Below, in pieces: positions 1 through 10,035 of a stretch of 64,000 nt of DNA. The notes beneath the pieces were generated by a model. It was given only the letters and a program-made list of their open reading frames with translations. It was not told the DNA's origin and did not search any database. Both the position numbers and the translations under genes were made by a program. Every line of letters starts with the position of its first letter. Position 1 is the first letter of the stretch. Source of the stretch: an uncultured Pseudomonadota bacterium. Lineage in GTDB: Bacteria > Myxococcota_A > Polyangia > Fen-1088. The stretch spans positions 224,001 to 288,000 of the forward strand of contig CAWKBC010000029.1 in assembly GCA_963847705.1 (NCBI GenBank), given 5' to 3'.

Positions 1-83
1 CCCGCCGGGAACAATAGATGGGCCTGAGCAGGGCCCGAGATGGCCGGGAGAAAGGCAGGAGAAGGGCACTGGAAAAGGCCCCC

Positions 84-111
84 ATTATATTGAGCTGGTG
101 ACGGGGCGCAA
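84..111 (-). promoter_or_regulatory. sigma70-type promoter for a gene left of the window
   Basis: Minus strand reads TTGCGC-N16-TATAAT. A perfect -10 box is unusual in GC-rich DNA. Confidence 0.5.
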
Positions 112-168
112 GCCAAGCCGCGCCTGTTTCCCAGCGAATTCCGAGCACTAACCGAGCTAAGCGACGAG

Positions 169-1452
169 CTAACTGGCGAAAGGATCTTTCGAGACCACCG
201 TCTGCGAGCGCCCGGCGCCCCAGGAGGTGGCCCAGACCGGGATCCCGACCAGCTTGCTGACGCGCTCGACGAACGCGGCGGCGGCCGGAGGAACGGCGGT
301 GCCGGACGCGCCGGAGGAGGTCTCCGGCCAGCCCTCGAGCTCCTCGAACACCGGCTCGGAGGCGGCGAGATCATCGAGGTCGACCGGCATCTCGTCCATC
401 ATGTGTCCGTTCAGACGATAGCCGATGCAGAGCTTGACCCGGCCGAGCCCCGCCATGACGTCGAGCTTGGTCAGCGCCAGCGACTCGATGCCGGAGAGCC
501 GCACGGCCAGCCGGACGGCCGGGATGTCGAGCCAACCGCACCGCCGCGGGCGCCCGGTCACCGAGCCGAACTCGTTCCCGCGCTTGCGGAGGAGATCGCC
601 GATCTCCTCGTTGAGCTCGGTCGGGAACGGCCCGTCGCCGACGCGCGTGGTGTAGCCCTTGGCGACGCCGAGCACGGTGTCGATCTGGGTGGGACCGATG
701 CCGAGCGCGGCGCAGGCCCCACCGGCGGTGGTCGAGGAGGAGGTAACGAAGGGATAGGTCCCATGGTCGAGGTCGAGCAGAACGCCCTGGGCCCCCTCGA
801 AGAGGACGTGATCGCCGCGGACCACGGCGGCATGCACGGTGCGCGAAGCGTCGCCCACGAACGGTCGAATCTCCTCGGCCAGCTCCATGTACCTGGCGGT
901 GATCTCCGCGGCGACCGGCAGCGCGCCGCCGAGCTGGCGGACATAGGGCCCGATGGCCGCGATGTGCCGGTCGAGCCGCGCGCGGAAGCGCTCCGGCCGG
1001 AACAGGTCGCCGATGCGCAGGCCGATGCGGGCCGCCTTGCTCTCGTAGGTCGGCCCGATCCCCTTCTTGGTGGTCCCGATGCTGCCCGGGCCCTCCTCAC
1101 GCAGCCGATCGATCTCCAGGTGGTGCGGCAACGTCAGGTGCGCGCGGGCGGCGACCACCAGATCCTTGTCGCTCTTGATGAAGCCATGCCCGCGGAAGGT
1201 CCGGATCTCGTCGACCAGCACGGCGGGATCGATCACCATCCCCTCGCCGAGGACGCAGGTGACGCCGTCCCGCAGGATCCCCGACGGGATCAGGCGGGTG
1301 ACGTACTTCGTTCCGTCGACCACCAGCGTGTGTCCGGCGTTGGCGCCGCCGGCCCAGCGGACCACGAAGCGCGCCTTCTCGGTCAGGAGGTCGACGATCT
1401 TCCCCTTGCCCTCGTCGCCCCACTGGACGCCGACGACGATTACGACTGCCAT
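169..1452 (-). CDS. purA: Adenylosuccinate synthetase
   Basis: QWGDEGKGK, GGANAGHT, EGAQG, YPFVTSS and GSVTGRPRRCGWLD motifs. Confidence 0.98.
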   Translation of the reverse strand: MAVVIVVGVQWGDEGKGKIVDLLTEKARFVVRWAGGANAGHTLVVDGTKYVTRLIPSGILRDGVTCVLGEGMVIDPAVLVDEIRTFRGHGFIKSDKDLVVAARAHLTLPHHLEIDRLREEGPGSIGTTKKGIGPTYESKAARIGLRIGDLFRPERFRARLDRHIAAIGPYVRQLGGALPVAAEITARYMELAEEIRPFVGDASRTVHAAVVRGDHVLFEGAQGVLLDLDHGTYPFVTSSSTTAGGACAALGIGPTQIDTVLGVAKGYTTRVGDGPFPTELNEEIGDLLRKRGNEFGSVTGRPRRCGWLDIPAVRLAVRLSGIESLALTKLDVMAGLGRVKLCIGYRLNGHMMDEMPVDLDDLAASEPVFEELEGWPETSSGASGTAVPPAAAAFVERVSKLVGIPVWATSWGAGRSQTVVSKDPFAS

Positions 1453-2516
1453 GATTGTTTGGTCCTCTTTGAAGGTGAAACGCGGCTCTCCATCGCGACG
1501 GCGACCGCCTCGACGTCGACGGCGAAGCCAACCGCGGGGCTCGGCCGGCCGTAGCGGGCGAGCAGATCGTCGTAGCGTCCGCCGCGCAGGACGGCGTCGG
1601 GCGCTCCGTCGACGAACGCCTGAAACCGCACGCCGGTGTAGTAGTCGAACCCCCGCACCTCGCCGAGGTCGACATGCAGCCGCGCGTCGATCCCGCGCGC
1701 CTCGACCGCGCGCACGATCGCCGCCAGCTCCCCGAGCGCGTGCTTGATCCCGGCGGTCGGCGCTCGCTTGACGGCGGCCGCCAGCAGATCAGGCGAGCCG
1801 GACAGCGTGGGAAGACGACGGGCGAAGTCGACGGCGGGCCTGGCGCCACGGGCCGCGCGCAGCACCAGCTCCAGCCCGGCGCCATCGCGTTTGGCGATGC
1901 GCCGCCGCGCCTCCTCCAGCGCCGGCTCCGGAAGCGCCAGCGAGGCGAGCACCTCGCGCGCGAGCCCGAGATGGCCGAGATCGATCGTCGGACGCGGCAA
2001 ACCAACAGCCGCCAGCGCCTCGACCGCCAGCGCGATCAGCTCGGCGTCACCGTCGGGACCGGCCAGGCCGGCCAGCTCGACGCCCGCCTGAGACAGCTCG
2101 CGCTGGCCGCGGGCCGCGCGATCGAGCCGCACCACCGTTCCTTCGTAGCAGAGGCGCACGGGCCCCTTGTGATCTCGAAAGCGGGTGGCGATGAGACGGG
2201 CGATCTGCGGCGTGATGTCGGGTCGCAGCGCCACCACCTGCCCCGAGCTCGGCTCGACGAAGCGGACGGTCACCGCGCGGGCCGCGGCGCCGAGCCCGAG
2301 CGCCAGCACCTCTTCGTACTCGAAGGCCGGCGTGATGACCCGCTCGAAGCCGGCGCGATCGAACTCCGCCAGCAGCGTCTCGATGACCCGGAGGCGCGCC
2401 GCCGCCGCCACCGGCGCGTGGTCGCGCATCCCGGTGGGGAGCCTGAGGGTCGGCGGCTGCGCGGCGCGCGGCGCAGAGTCAGTCGCAAGGGCGCCGCGCG
2501 GCGCGCGCTTCACCAC
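1440..2516 (-). CDS. hisZ: ATP phosphoribosyltransferase regulatory subunit
   Basis: HisRS-like motifs LRPDITPQIAR, QAGVEL, DYYTG and GGRYD without an anticodon domain; classic position upstream of purA. Confidence 0.93.
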   Translation of the reverse strand: MVKRAPRGALATDSAPRAAQPPTLRLPTGMRDHAPVAAAARLRVIETLLAEFDRAGFERVITPAFEYEEVLALGLGAAARAVTVRFVEPSSGQVVALRPDITPQIARLIATRFRDHKGPVRLCYEGTVVRLDRAARGQRELSQAGVELAGLAGPDGDAELIALAVEALAAVGLPRPTIDLGHLGLAREVLASLALPEPALEEARRRIAKRDGAGLELVLRAARGARPAVDFARRLPTLSGSPDLLAAAVKRAPTAGIKHALGELAAIVRAVEARGIDARLHVDLGEVRGFDYYTGVRFQAFVDGAPDAVLRGGRYDDLLARYGRPSPAVGFAVDVEAVAVAMESRVSPSKRTKQSWQS

Positions 2517-2520
2517 GGAC

Positions 2521-3462
2521 TTACTTGACCGCGTTGCGGACGACGCCGTCCTTGAGGAAGCCGACGAACACCTCGGCCATCTCGATCGCCACCTTCTCCT
2601 GCGCCTCCTTGGTCGAGGCCCCCAGGTGCGGGACGGCGATCAGGTTCTCTTCGGCGAAGAGCGGTGACGGATCGGGCGGCTCCTTGGCGAACACGTCCAG
2701 CGCCGCGCCGCCCAGCTGGCCGGACTTGAGCGCCTCCAGCACCGCGTTCTCGTCGACGATGCCGCCGCGCGCGCAGTTGATGAGGCAGGCGCCCTTCTTC
2801 ATCTTGGCGATGGTGGCCGCGCTGAAGAGCCCCTTGGTCTCGGCCGTGGCCGGGACGTGCAGCGTGATGTAGTCCGACTGCGCGATGAGCTCGTCGAGCG
2901 TGACCTGCTTGACGCCGGCCGGGAGCTCCTTGGGAGGGAACGGGTCGTAGCCGATCACGTTCATCTTGAGGCCGACGGCGCGCTCGGCCGCCTGGCGCCC
3001 GATGTTGCCCAGGCCGATCACGCCCAGCGTCTTGCCGGCGATCTCGGTTCCCATGTACTTCTTCTTCTCCCAGATCCCCTGCTTCATGCTGGCCGCCGCC
3101 TGCGGGATCTTCCGCGCCAGCGCGAACATGAGGCCGATGGCCAGCTCGGCGGCCGCCGCCGCGTTCCCCTGCGGCGTGTTGATGACGAGGACGCCCTTCT
3201 CGGTGGCGGCCTTGACGTCGATGTTGTCGACGCCCACGCCGGCGCGGCCGATGATCTTGAGCTTGCCCGGGCTCGCCAGGGTGGCGGCCGTGATCTTGCT
3301 GGCCGAGCGGATACCGATGGCGTGGTACTCGCCGATCACCGCGGCCAGCTCCTCCGGCTTCATGCCGGTCTTGACCTCGACGGTGAACCCCGCCTTGTTG
3401 AGAACTTCGACCGCCTTTTTGGACATGTCGTCGGCGATGAGGACCTTGATTGGCTCGGCCAT
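2521..3462 (-). CDS. serA: D-3-phosphoglycerate dehydrogenase, short form without ACT domain
   Basis: GRAGVGVDNID, GLGNIG, INCARGG and PHLGAST motifs; 313 aa. Confidence 0.88.
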   Translation of the reverse strand: MAEPIKVLIADDMSKKAVEVLNKAGFTVEVKTGMKPEELAAVIGEYHAIGIRSASKITAATLASPGKLKIIGRAGVGVDNIDVKAATEKGVLVINTPQGNAAAAAELAIGLMFALARKIPQAAASMKQGIWEKKKYMGTEIAGKTLGVIGLGNIGRQAAERAVGLKMNVIGYDPFPPKELPAGVKQVTLDELIAQSDYITLHVPATAETKGLFSAATIAKMKKGACLINCARGGIVDENAVLEALKSGQLGGAALDVFAKEPPDPSPLFAEENLIAVPHLGASTKEAQEKVAIEMAEVFVGFLKDGVVRNAVK

Positions 3463-3505
3463 GACTGTTGCTCCTGTGTGGACGTGCGGGTGGGTGAGAT
3501 GAAAA

Positions 3506-4651
3506 TCAGTCGCGTCGGGTCTCGGCGAACGTCGCCTGCGCGGCGGCGACGCCCGCTCCCGGCCGAATGCCGAAGCCGAGATCGGAGAGCGTCATCTCGA
3601 GGCCCGAGATGGCGGTGATGATGTCGAACTGGCTGTAGAAGCCGACGTGCGCGATGCGCACGATCTTCCCCTTCAGGTGATCCTGCCCGCCGGCGATGGT
3701 GATCCCGTAGCGCGACCGCATCTGAATGATGATCGCCGTCCCGTCGATGCCTTGGGGGACGCGAAACGCGGTGACCGAGTTGACCGGTGACGAGGAGAAG
3801 AGATCCAGCCCCAGGCCGCCCGCCGCGGCGCGCGTCGCCTTGGCCAGCCGCTCGTGGCGGTTGAACACGCCGTCCAGCGTCTCTTCCTTCAACATCCGCA
3901 GCGACTCGCGCAGGCCGACGACCAGCGAGACGGCCGGCGTGAAGGCGGTCTCCCCCTTCTCCTGCGCTTTTCGCTCCCGCGCCAGGTCCAGGTAGAACCG
4001 CGGCAGCTTGGCGCGCTCGCTCGCCTTCCAGGCCTTGTCGGAGACGCTGATCCCTGCCAGCCCCGGCGGGAGCATCAGCCCCTTCTGCGAGCCCACCGAC
4101 ACCACGTCCAGCCCCCACTTGTCGACCGGGACGTCGTAGACGCCGATCGCGGTGATGGCGTCGACACACAAGATGATGTCGTCGTGCGCCCGCACCACCT
4201 TGGCGATCGCCTCGATGTCGTGCTTGGTGGCGGTCGAGGTCTCGCAGGCGGTGGCGTAGACCGCGCGCACGCCGGGGTTCTTGTCGATCGCCTCGGCCAC
4301 CGCCTTGGCCTCGACGCTCTTCCCCCACTCGACGTCGACGTAGACGCAGGTGATGCCGTAGGCCTCGCAGATCTTCCCCCAGCGCTCACCGAACTTGCCG
4401 CCCCGGATGACCACCGCCTTGTCGCCAGGGCTCAAGAAGTTGCAAACCGAGGCGTCCATGGCGATGGTGCCCGAGCCGCTGAGCAAGATCGGCAACTGCT
4501 TGGTCTGCATCAGCCACTTCAACCCCTCCTGCACCTCGCGCAGGCACTCGGTGAAGGCGGGCGCCCGGTGGTAGAGCATCGGCCGGGCCATGGCCAGGAG
4601 GACCCGCTCGGGAACGGGGGTCGGGCCGGCGGTGAGGAGATACTCCTTCAT
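3506..4651 (-). CDS. Class V PLP aminotransferase (alanine-glyoxylate/serine-pyruvate family; probable phosphoserine aminotransferase role)
   Basis: LLTAGPT, ETST, VDAIT and GSQKGLMLPPG (PLP Lys) motifs; directly upstream of serA. Confidence 0.9.
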   Translation of the reverse strand: MKEYLLTAGPTPVPERVLLAMARPMLYHRAPAFTECLREVQEGLKWLMQTKQLPILLSGSGTIAMDASVCNFLSPGDKAVVIRGGKFGERWGKICEAYGITCVYVDVEWGKSVEAKAVAEAIDKNPGVRAVYATACETSTATKHDIEAIAKVVRAHDDIILCVDAITAIGVYDVPVDKWGLDVVSVGSQKGLMLPPGLAGISVSDKAWKASERAKLPRFYLDLARERKAQEKGETAFTPAVSLVVGLRESLRMLKEETLDGVFNRHERLAKATRAAAGGLGLDLFSSSPVNSVTAFRVPQGIDGTAIIIQMRSRYGITIAGGQDHLKGKIVRIAHVGFYSQFDIITAISGLEMTLSDLGFGIRPGAGVAAAQATFAETRRD

Positions 4652-4734
4652 GGTGCTTCTATTGTGCCTTTTGGGCGCCTTTGGGGTGTGGCGGCGGCCC
4701 GAGTTCTAATACAACTTGACCAGCAGATCCACCG

Positions 4735-6694
4735 ATGTCCCTCGCCCAATTCGCTGACGCCAGCTTCGGTTATCCCGGCAACGACATCCTCGTCGGCGCC
4801 TCGCTGCTGATCCGTCCCGGCGATCGGCTGGCGCTCCTGGGACCGAATGGCACCGGCAAGTCGACGGCGCTGCGGCTCCTGGCCGGAGATCTCGGAGGCC
4901 GACAGCGGCGACGTGCGCGTGCTCGGCCGCACCTCGGTGGCCTACCTGCGCCAGTCGCAGGAGCTGGGGGGCGGCGGCACGCTGCTCGAGGCGCTGCTCG
5001 AGCCGTTCGCCGATCTGCAGAAGCTGCACGACGAGATGGCCGCCCTGGAGGCGCGCCTGGCCGACGGCAAGGCCGACGAGCTGGCCCGCTACGGCGAGCT
5101 GCAGGAGCGCTACCAGCGCGGCGGCGGCTACGAGCTCGAGGGGCGGGTGAAGCGGCTCACCGCCGACGTCGGGTTCACGGAGAGCGATCTGGCCCGGGCG
5201 GTCGACACGCTCTCGGGCGGCGAGCGCGGGCGGCTGGAGCTGGCCAAGGTGCTGGTGCGCCAGCCCGACCTGCTCTTGATGGACGAGCCGACCAACCACC
5301 TCGACCTCGCCGCCATCGAGCGGCTGGAGGCCTACCTCGCCGAGTACGAGGGGGCGTTCGTGCTGGTCTCACACGATCGGGCCTTCATCCGCGCGGTCTG
5401 CAACGAGATCGTCGAGCTGGAGAACGGCAAGCTGACGCGCTACCCCTACCGCTACGACAAGTACGTCGTCGAGCGCGCCGCCCGGATCGAGCGGGCCCAG
5501 GCCGAGTATGAACGGCAGAAGGAGCACGTCGACAAGACCGAGGACTTCATTCGCCGCAACCTGGCCGGGCAGAAGACCAAGCAGGCGCAGAGCCGCCGCA
5601 AGATGCTGGAGAAGCTGGAGCGCCTCGAGCGCCCCGACGACCAGTGGGAGCACGCCGGCAAGATCGGGCTCTCCTTCTCGACCGGCGGCGATCTCGGCGG
5701 CAAGGAGATCATCCGCGCACCCAACCTGACGGTCGGCTACCCGGGCGCGAAGATCCTCGACGGCGTGACGGTGAACGTCTACCGCGGCGACAAGTTGGGC
5801 GTCGTCGGTCCCAACGGCAGCGGCAAGTCGACGCTCTTGAAGACGCTGATCGGCGAGCTGGCGCCGCTCGACGGCAAGGTCGAGTTCGGCAGCGGGGTCC
5901 GCATCGGCTACTTCGATCAGAAGCTGGGGACGCTCGACGAGCAGCTGACGCTGACCGAGGAGATCCGCTCGGTGCGCGCCGATCTGTCGCCCGAGGCGGT
6001 CCGGCAGTACCTGGCCAAGTTTCGCTTCTTCGGCGACGACCCCTTCCGCCTGGTGCGCGGACTTTCAGGCGGCGAGCGCAGCCGGCTGGCGATGGCGAAG
6101 ATCATGCTCTTCCCGCGCAACGTGCTGGTGCTCGACGAGCCGACCAACCACCTCGACATCCCGGCGCGCGAAACGCTGGAAGACGCGCTCGGTGCCTACG
6201 AAGGAACCCTGATCACCGTCAGCCACGATCGCTACTTCCTCGACCGCATCTGCACCCGCCTCCTGGTCATCGAGGGGACGCACGTCGAAGCACATGTCGG
6301 CAACTACAGCGACTGGCGCGAACGGTCGTCCTCGGTGAACGTCAAGGCGGCCCCGGCCGTGGCGAAGCCCGAGCCGTCGAGACCGGCGCCCAAGCCGGCC
6401 GAAAAGCCGCTCTCGGCCGCCAACGCGACACGCGACGGCGACAAGCGGCGCGAACGCGAGCAGCGCCGGCTGGCGCGGCGCGTGGAGACACTGGAGGCGG
6501 ATGTGAGCAAGCTGGAAACAGAGCTGGCGGCCGTCCGCGCCGATCTGGTCGGCGATCACGCCGGCGACTGGCAAAAGTTGCACGCTCTGGCCGAGCGCGA
6601 GCGCGAGCTCGACACCCTGCTCGCCCGCCGGATCACCGAGTGGGAAGCCGCCAGCGCCGCCGCGCTCAATCCGGATCCGAATTCTTCCGATTGA
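4735..6694 (+). CDS. ABC-F family ATPase with an apparent +1 frameshift near 4894
   Basis: First Walker A (GPNGTGKS) is in the 4735 frame. The rest (LSGGE, DEPTNHLD twice, GPNGSGKS, C-terminal coiled coil) is in the 4847 frame. Removing one G from ctcGgag joins them as LAGDL-EADSG. Confidence 0.9.
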
Positions 6695-6826
6695 CGATCC
6701 GGAAACCTTCAGACGATTGCGAACCTGCAGTCGGACGCTGGTTTCATCACCGCAGCATTGCATCACTCTCCTTGGGTCCTACTTTGATCGTGTAAACTTG
6801 GGGGGTTCTCTCCGGGAGGTATCCGG

Positions 6827-7951
6827 ATGCGGTTCGTTGGTTTTGCTTTGTGCGTGTTCGCGGTCGCCACGGGCGGCTGCGCGACACATCCGGCGCCGCC
6901 CGTGAACGCTCCCGCCTTGGCGGCCAGCCAAACGACGGCGGCGGGTCCGGCCGGCCAGATCTCCGGCGTCTGGGACGCGCTCAGCCGGACGACGATCGGT
7001 CAAGGGATCGGCGCGGGTGACACCCGCATCGAAAAACAGGAGTGGCACCTCTCCCAGGCGGGGAGCGCGATCAGTGGCTACTACATCACGGCGCTGACCT
7101 TCGTATCGGGCGACGGCCGCCCTTACATGTGCAACCGGCTGCCGCAGTTTTCGGCGACCCAGCGGTTCAACGTCGCGGGCGAGGTGCGTGGCGGGCAGAT
7201 CGAGATCGAGGAGAAAGAGCAGCGGGCCACCGAGAAAGGAAACCGCTGCGACCCCGGCCAGAAGCGCCTGGCGCGCTACAGCGGCCGGCTGGAAGGCGAT
7301 GTGATGACATTGATGAGCGGCGCGCAGCGCCAGACTCTGTATCGAATCCACCATCCCGAAGAGAACGCAGAAGAGAACGCAGAAGAGAACGCCGGACGGA
7401 CCACCGAACCTGCGGGAGAGGCCGGACCACCGCTCGCCGAGGCCAGCGAGCCGGGCGCCGCGCCTGCGCCGGTGTCACAGGATCCGCGCTTTCCGGATCA
7501 CGCGGCCGCCCCTGCCTCGGCCATGAGCTCTCTTCCCCCTGCTGACGTGAGCGGCATGTGGGTCTGGGAGCACAGCGGCGTCGTCCCCGGCGGTGACCAG
7601 AAGCAGGAGCGCGAGGAGTGGCACGTCACCCAGGACGGGTCGAAGCTGACCGGCTACTACGATCGCGTCGTCCACCAGGTCTCCTCCGACGGGCAGGCCT
7701 ACCGCTGCAGCATGGCGCTCGATTTCCAGATCGTCACCCGCTACCAGTTTCGCGGCGAGGTGGAGGGGAGCAAGATCATGATCTACGAGAGCTCGTTCGA
7801 GGTGCTGAACCCCAACGCCTGCGACAACGGCAAGCGCCGCCTCGACGCCTACGAGGGACAGGCGGCCGCGGACGAGCTGCGTCTCGTCTGGGGCATCGGC
7901 GGCCAGGTTCTCCGGCGCCCCCGCCCCGACGTCCCGACTCAGAGATTCTGA
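6827..7951 (+). CDS. Lipoprotein with two copies of a beta-rich domain
   Basis: GGAGG RBS, signal peptide with lipobox-like TGGC, and two homologous halves (SGxW...EWHxxQxGSxxxGYY...DGxxYxC...CD). Confidence 0.8.
   Translation: MRFVGFALCVFAVATGGCATHPAPPVNAPALAASQTTAAGPAGQISGVWDALSRTTIGQGIGAGDTRIEKQEWHLSQAGSAISGYYITALTFVSGDGRPYMCNRLPQFSATQRFNVAGEVRGGQIEIEEKEQRATEKGNRCDPGQKRLARYSGRLEGDVMTLMSGAQRQTLYRIHHPEENAEENAEENAGRTTEPAGEAGPPLAEASEPGAAPAPVSQDPRFPDHAAAPASAMSSLPPADVSGMWVWEHSGVVPGGDQKQEREEWHVTQDGSKLTGYYDRVVHQVSSDGQAYRCSMALDFQIVTRYQFRGEVEGSKIMIYESSFEVLNPNACDNGKRRLDAYEGQAAADELRLVWGIGGQVLRRPRPDVPTQRF
7358..7393 (+). repeat. 12-bp coding tandem repeat, 3 copies (EENA)
   Basis: gaagagaacgca twice plus gaagagaacgcc, in the interdomain linker. 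Confidence 0.9.
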
Positions 7952-7966
7952 GCGGGGCCAGCCCGG

Positions 7967-9667
7967 CTAGCCCTTGCTGGCCTTCAGCTCTTTGTCGATG
8001 GCGGCCTTGAAGGACTCGAACGGCTGGGCGCCGACGAGGCGGGTGCCGTTGATGAAGAAGGTCGGCGTGCCGGTGACGCCGAAGGCGGCGCCTTCCTTGT
8101 CCTCGGCGTCGACCTTGTCCTTGAACTTGCCCGAGTCGAGCGCGGCCTTGAACTTGCCCATGTCGAGGCCGAGCTCTTCCGCGTACTTCTCCAGCGATGG
8201 CCGGTCGAGCGCCTGCTGGTTGGCGAAGAGCTTGTCGTGCATCTGCCAGAACTTCCCCTGCTCGTTGGCGGCCAGCGCCGCCTCGGCCGCCAGGTGGGCC
8301 TTGTCGTGGAACGGCAACGGGAACTGCTTGAAGGCGATGCGGATCTTTCCTTTGTAGGCGTCCTCGATCTGCCGCACCGTCGGGACCGCCCGGCTGCAGA
8401 ACGGGCACTGGAAGTCGCTCCAGGCCACCAGCGTGACGGGCGCCGAGGCGGGCCCTTTGACCGGAGCGTCTCCCACGTGGACGTCGAACTTCCCGCCCTG
8501 ATCGTCGGGCGCGCCGGCCGGCGACGGCGCGGGCGGTGCGGCCAGCGCCGCCGTCTCCATCCGCTTGGTGTAGACGTCCTTGAGCGGCGTCCCTTTCTTG
8601 ATGAGCACGTCCGCCTCCTTGATCTCGTCGTCGATGATCTTCTCGAAGGCATCGGCCGGCTGGGCGCCCACCAGCTGCCGCCCGTTGATGAAGAACGTGG
8701 GCGTCCCGTTGGCGCCGGCGGCGGTGCCGATCTTCATGTCCTCCGACACCTCGTCCTTGATCTTCGGATCGTCCCAGTCCTTCTTCCACCTGGCGACGTT
8801 GAGCCCCACGTCGCCCGCGTACTTCTCGATGTCGGCGCGGGTGAGCGCGGTGTTGTTCTCGTACATCTTGTCGTGAAGCTTCCAGGCCTTGTCGGCCCCC
8901 TGCCGCGCAGCCGCCTGGAACGCCGTGGCGGCGTCCATGGCGTGCTCGTGGAACGGCAGCGGCTGGTTCATCCAGACCAGCGCCAGATCCTTGCCGTACT
9001 TGTCGAGGACCGTCTTCACCGTCGGCTCGGCGCGCTTGCAGAACGGGCACTGGAAGTCGCTGAACTCGACCATCGTCACCTTGGTCGCCTTGGCGCCGCG
9101 CCGCTGATCGTGGGAGAAGGGAACGATCTTCTTCGAGCCGGTGTCAGGCGCCGCGCCACCGCTCGGCGCCGCGCCGCCCGTCGGCTTCTGCTTGTCGTCG
9201 ATGGCCGCCAGGATCGGGCCCAGCCCCTTGCCCTGCTTGGCCATGTCGATGGCCAGGCGGGCCAGGTTGGGGCTGCGCGGACAGTTGGGGTCCTTCTTCA
9301 AGCAGCCGGCGATCTTCCCCATCCCGCAGCCGCACTCACAGTCGCGCTCGTTGAGCGCCTGCAGCGCCGTCACCTTCTGCTGCGGCGTGAGCCCGTCGAA
9401 GCTGACGCCGGTCACCGAGGCCAGGTCGGCCGACTTGGTCCAACCGTCCGGGAACTCGCTCTCCGACTGATAAATCTTGGCGGGCATCTTGGTGCCCGCC
9501 GGAACCGTCTCGCTGGGCTTGTCGGATGCGGAGTCGGCCGACGCGCCGCCGCTCGCGCCGTGATTGCCCGTCTCGCGTCCGACCAAAAAGCCGACGGCCA
9601 GCCCCGTCACCAGGGGCCAGATGGCCGCGGTCCAGGCAGGCCGCGGCGAATTCGTTTCTTGCGCCAT
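7967..9667 (-). CDS. Membrane-anchored protein with two DsbA/thioredoxin domains
   Basis: Two SDFQCPFC active sites and two GTPTFFING cis-Pro loops; N-terminal TM segment; CECGC..C..C segment. Confidence 0.92.
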   Translation of the reverse strand: MAQETNSPRPAWTAAIWPLVTGLAVGFLVGRETGNHGASGGASADSASDKPSETVPAGTKMPAKIYQSESEFPDGWTKSADLASVTGVSFDGLTPQQKVTALQALNERDCECGCGMGKIAGCLKKDPNCPRSPNLARLAIDMAKQGKGLGPILAAIDDKQKPTGGAAPSGGAAPDTGSKKIVPFSHDQRRGAKATKVTMVEFSDFQCPFCKRAEPTVKTVLDKYGKDLALVWMNQPLPFHEHAMDAATAFQAAARQGADKAWKLHDKMYENNTALTRADIEKYAGDVGLNVARWKKDWDDPKIKDEVSEDMKIGTAAGANGTPTFFINGRQLVGAQPADAFEKIIDDEIKEADVLIKKGTPLKDVYTKRMETAALAAPPAPSPAGAPDDQGGKFDVHVGDAPVKGPASAPVTLVAWSDFQCPFCSRAVPTVRQIEDAYKGKIRIAFKQFPLPFHDKAHLAAEAALAANEQGKFWQMHDKLFANQQALDRPSLEKYAEELGLDMGKFKAALDSGKFKDKVDAEDKEGAAFGVTGTPTFFINGTRLVGAQPFESFKAAIDKELKASKG

Positions 9668-9690
9668 GGCGGCGCTTATAGCACGCGACC

Positions 9691-9870
9691 CTATTCGTCT
9701 TCGTCGTGGCGCGCGCCCGCGCGCTTGCCGCCGCCGTCGAAGTCGAGCTCGCTGGCGAACATGTCATCGATCATCGAGTCGACGGACTCGAAGTAACCGT
9801 CGCGGCGAAGCTCCTCGCGCTCGAACTCCTCGAAGGTCTGATAGGTCCTCTGGTCGACGAATCGGCTCAT
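9691..9870 (-). CDS. Small acidic hypothetical protein (59 aa)
   Basis: GGAG RBS 7 nt before ATG, GC3-rich codons, sequence MSRFVDQRTYQTFEEFEREELRR. Confidence 0.7.
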   Translation of the reverse strand: MSRFVDQRTYQTFEEFEREELRRDGYFESVDSMIDDMFASELDFDGGGKRAGARHDEDE

Positions 9871-10035
9871 GGGCATTCTCCTTGATTGCGGCAAACCGGA
9901 CAGTCGGCTAATTACCGACATGTAGGTACATGGAATACCTACCCGTACACGACGTCAAATTTTCGCGCCAAATTTGCGGGCTTGGCCGATACGCCCCAGC
10001 GTGTTTATCTACGGGGGCGCCTGGATCGCATCATC

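Noticed and set aside
6738-6754. sigma54-like spacing TGG-N10-GC upstream of the 6827 lipoprotein
   Set aside because: Poor match to TGGCAC/TTGC and no associated palindrome.
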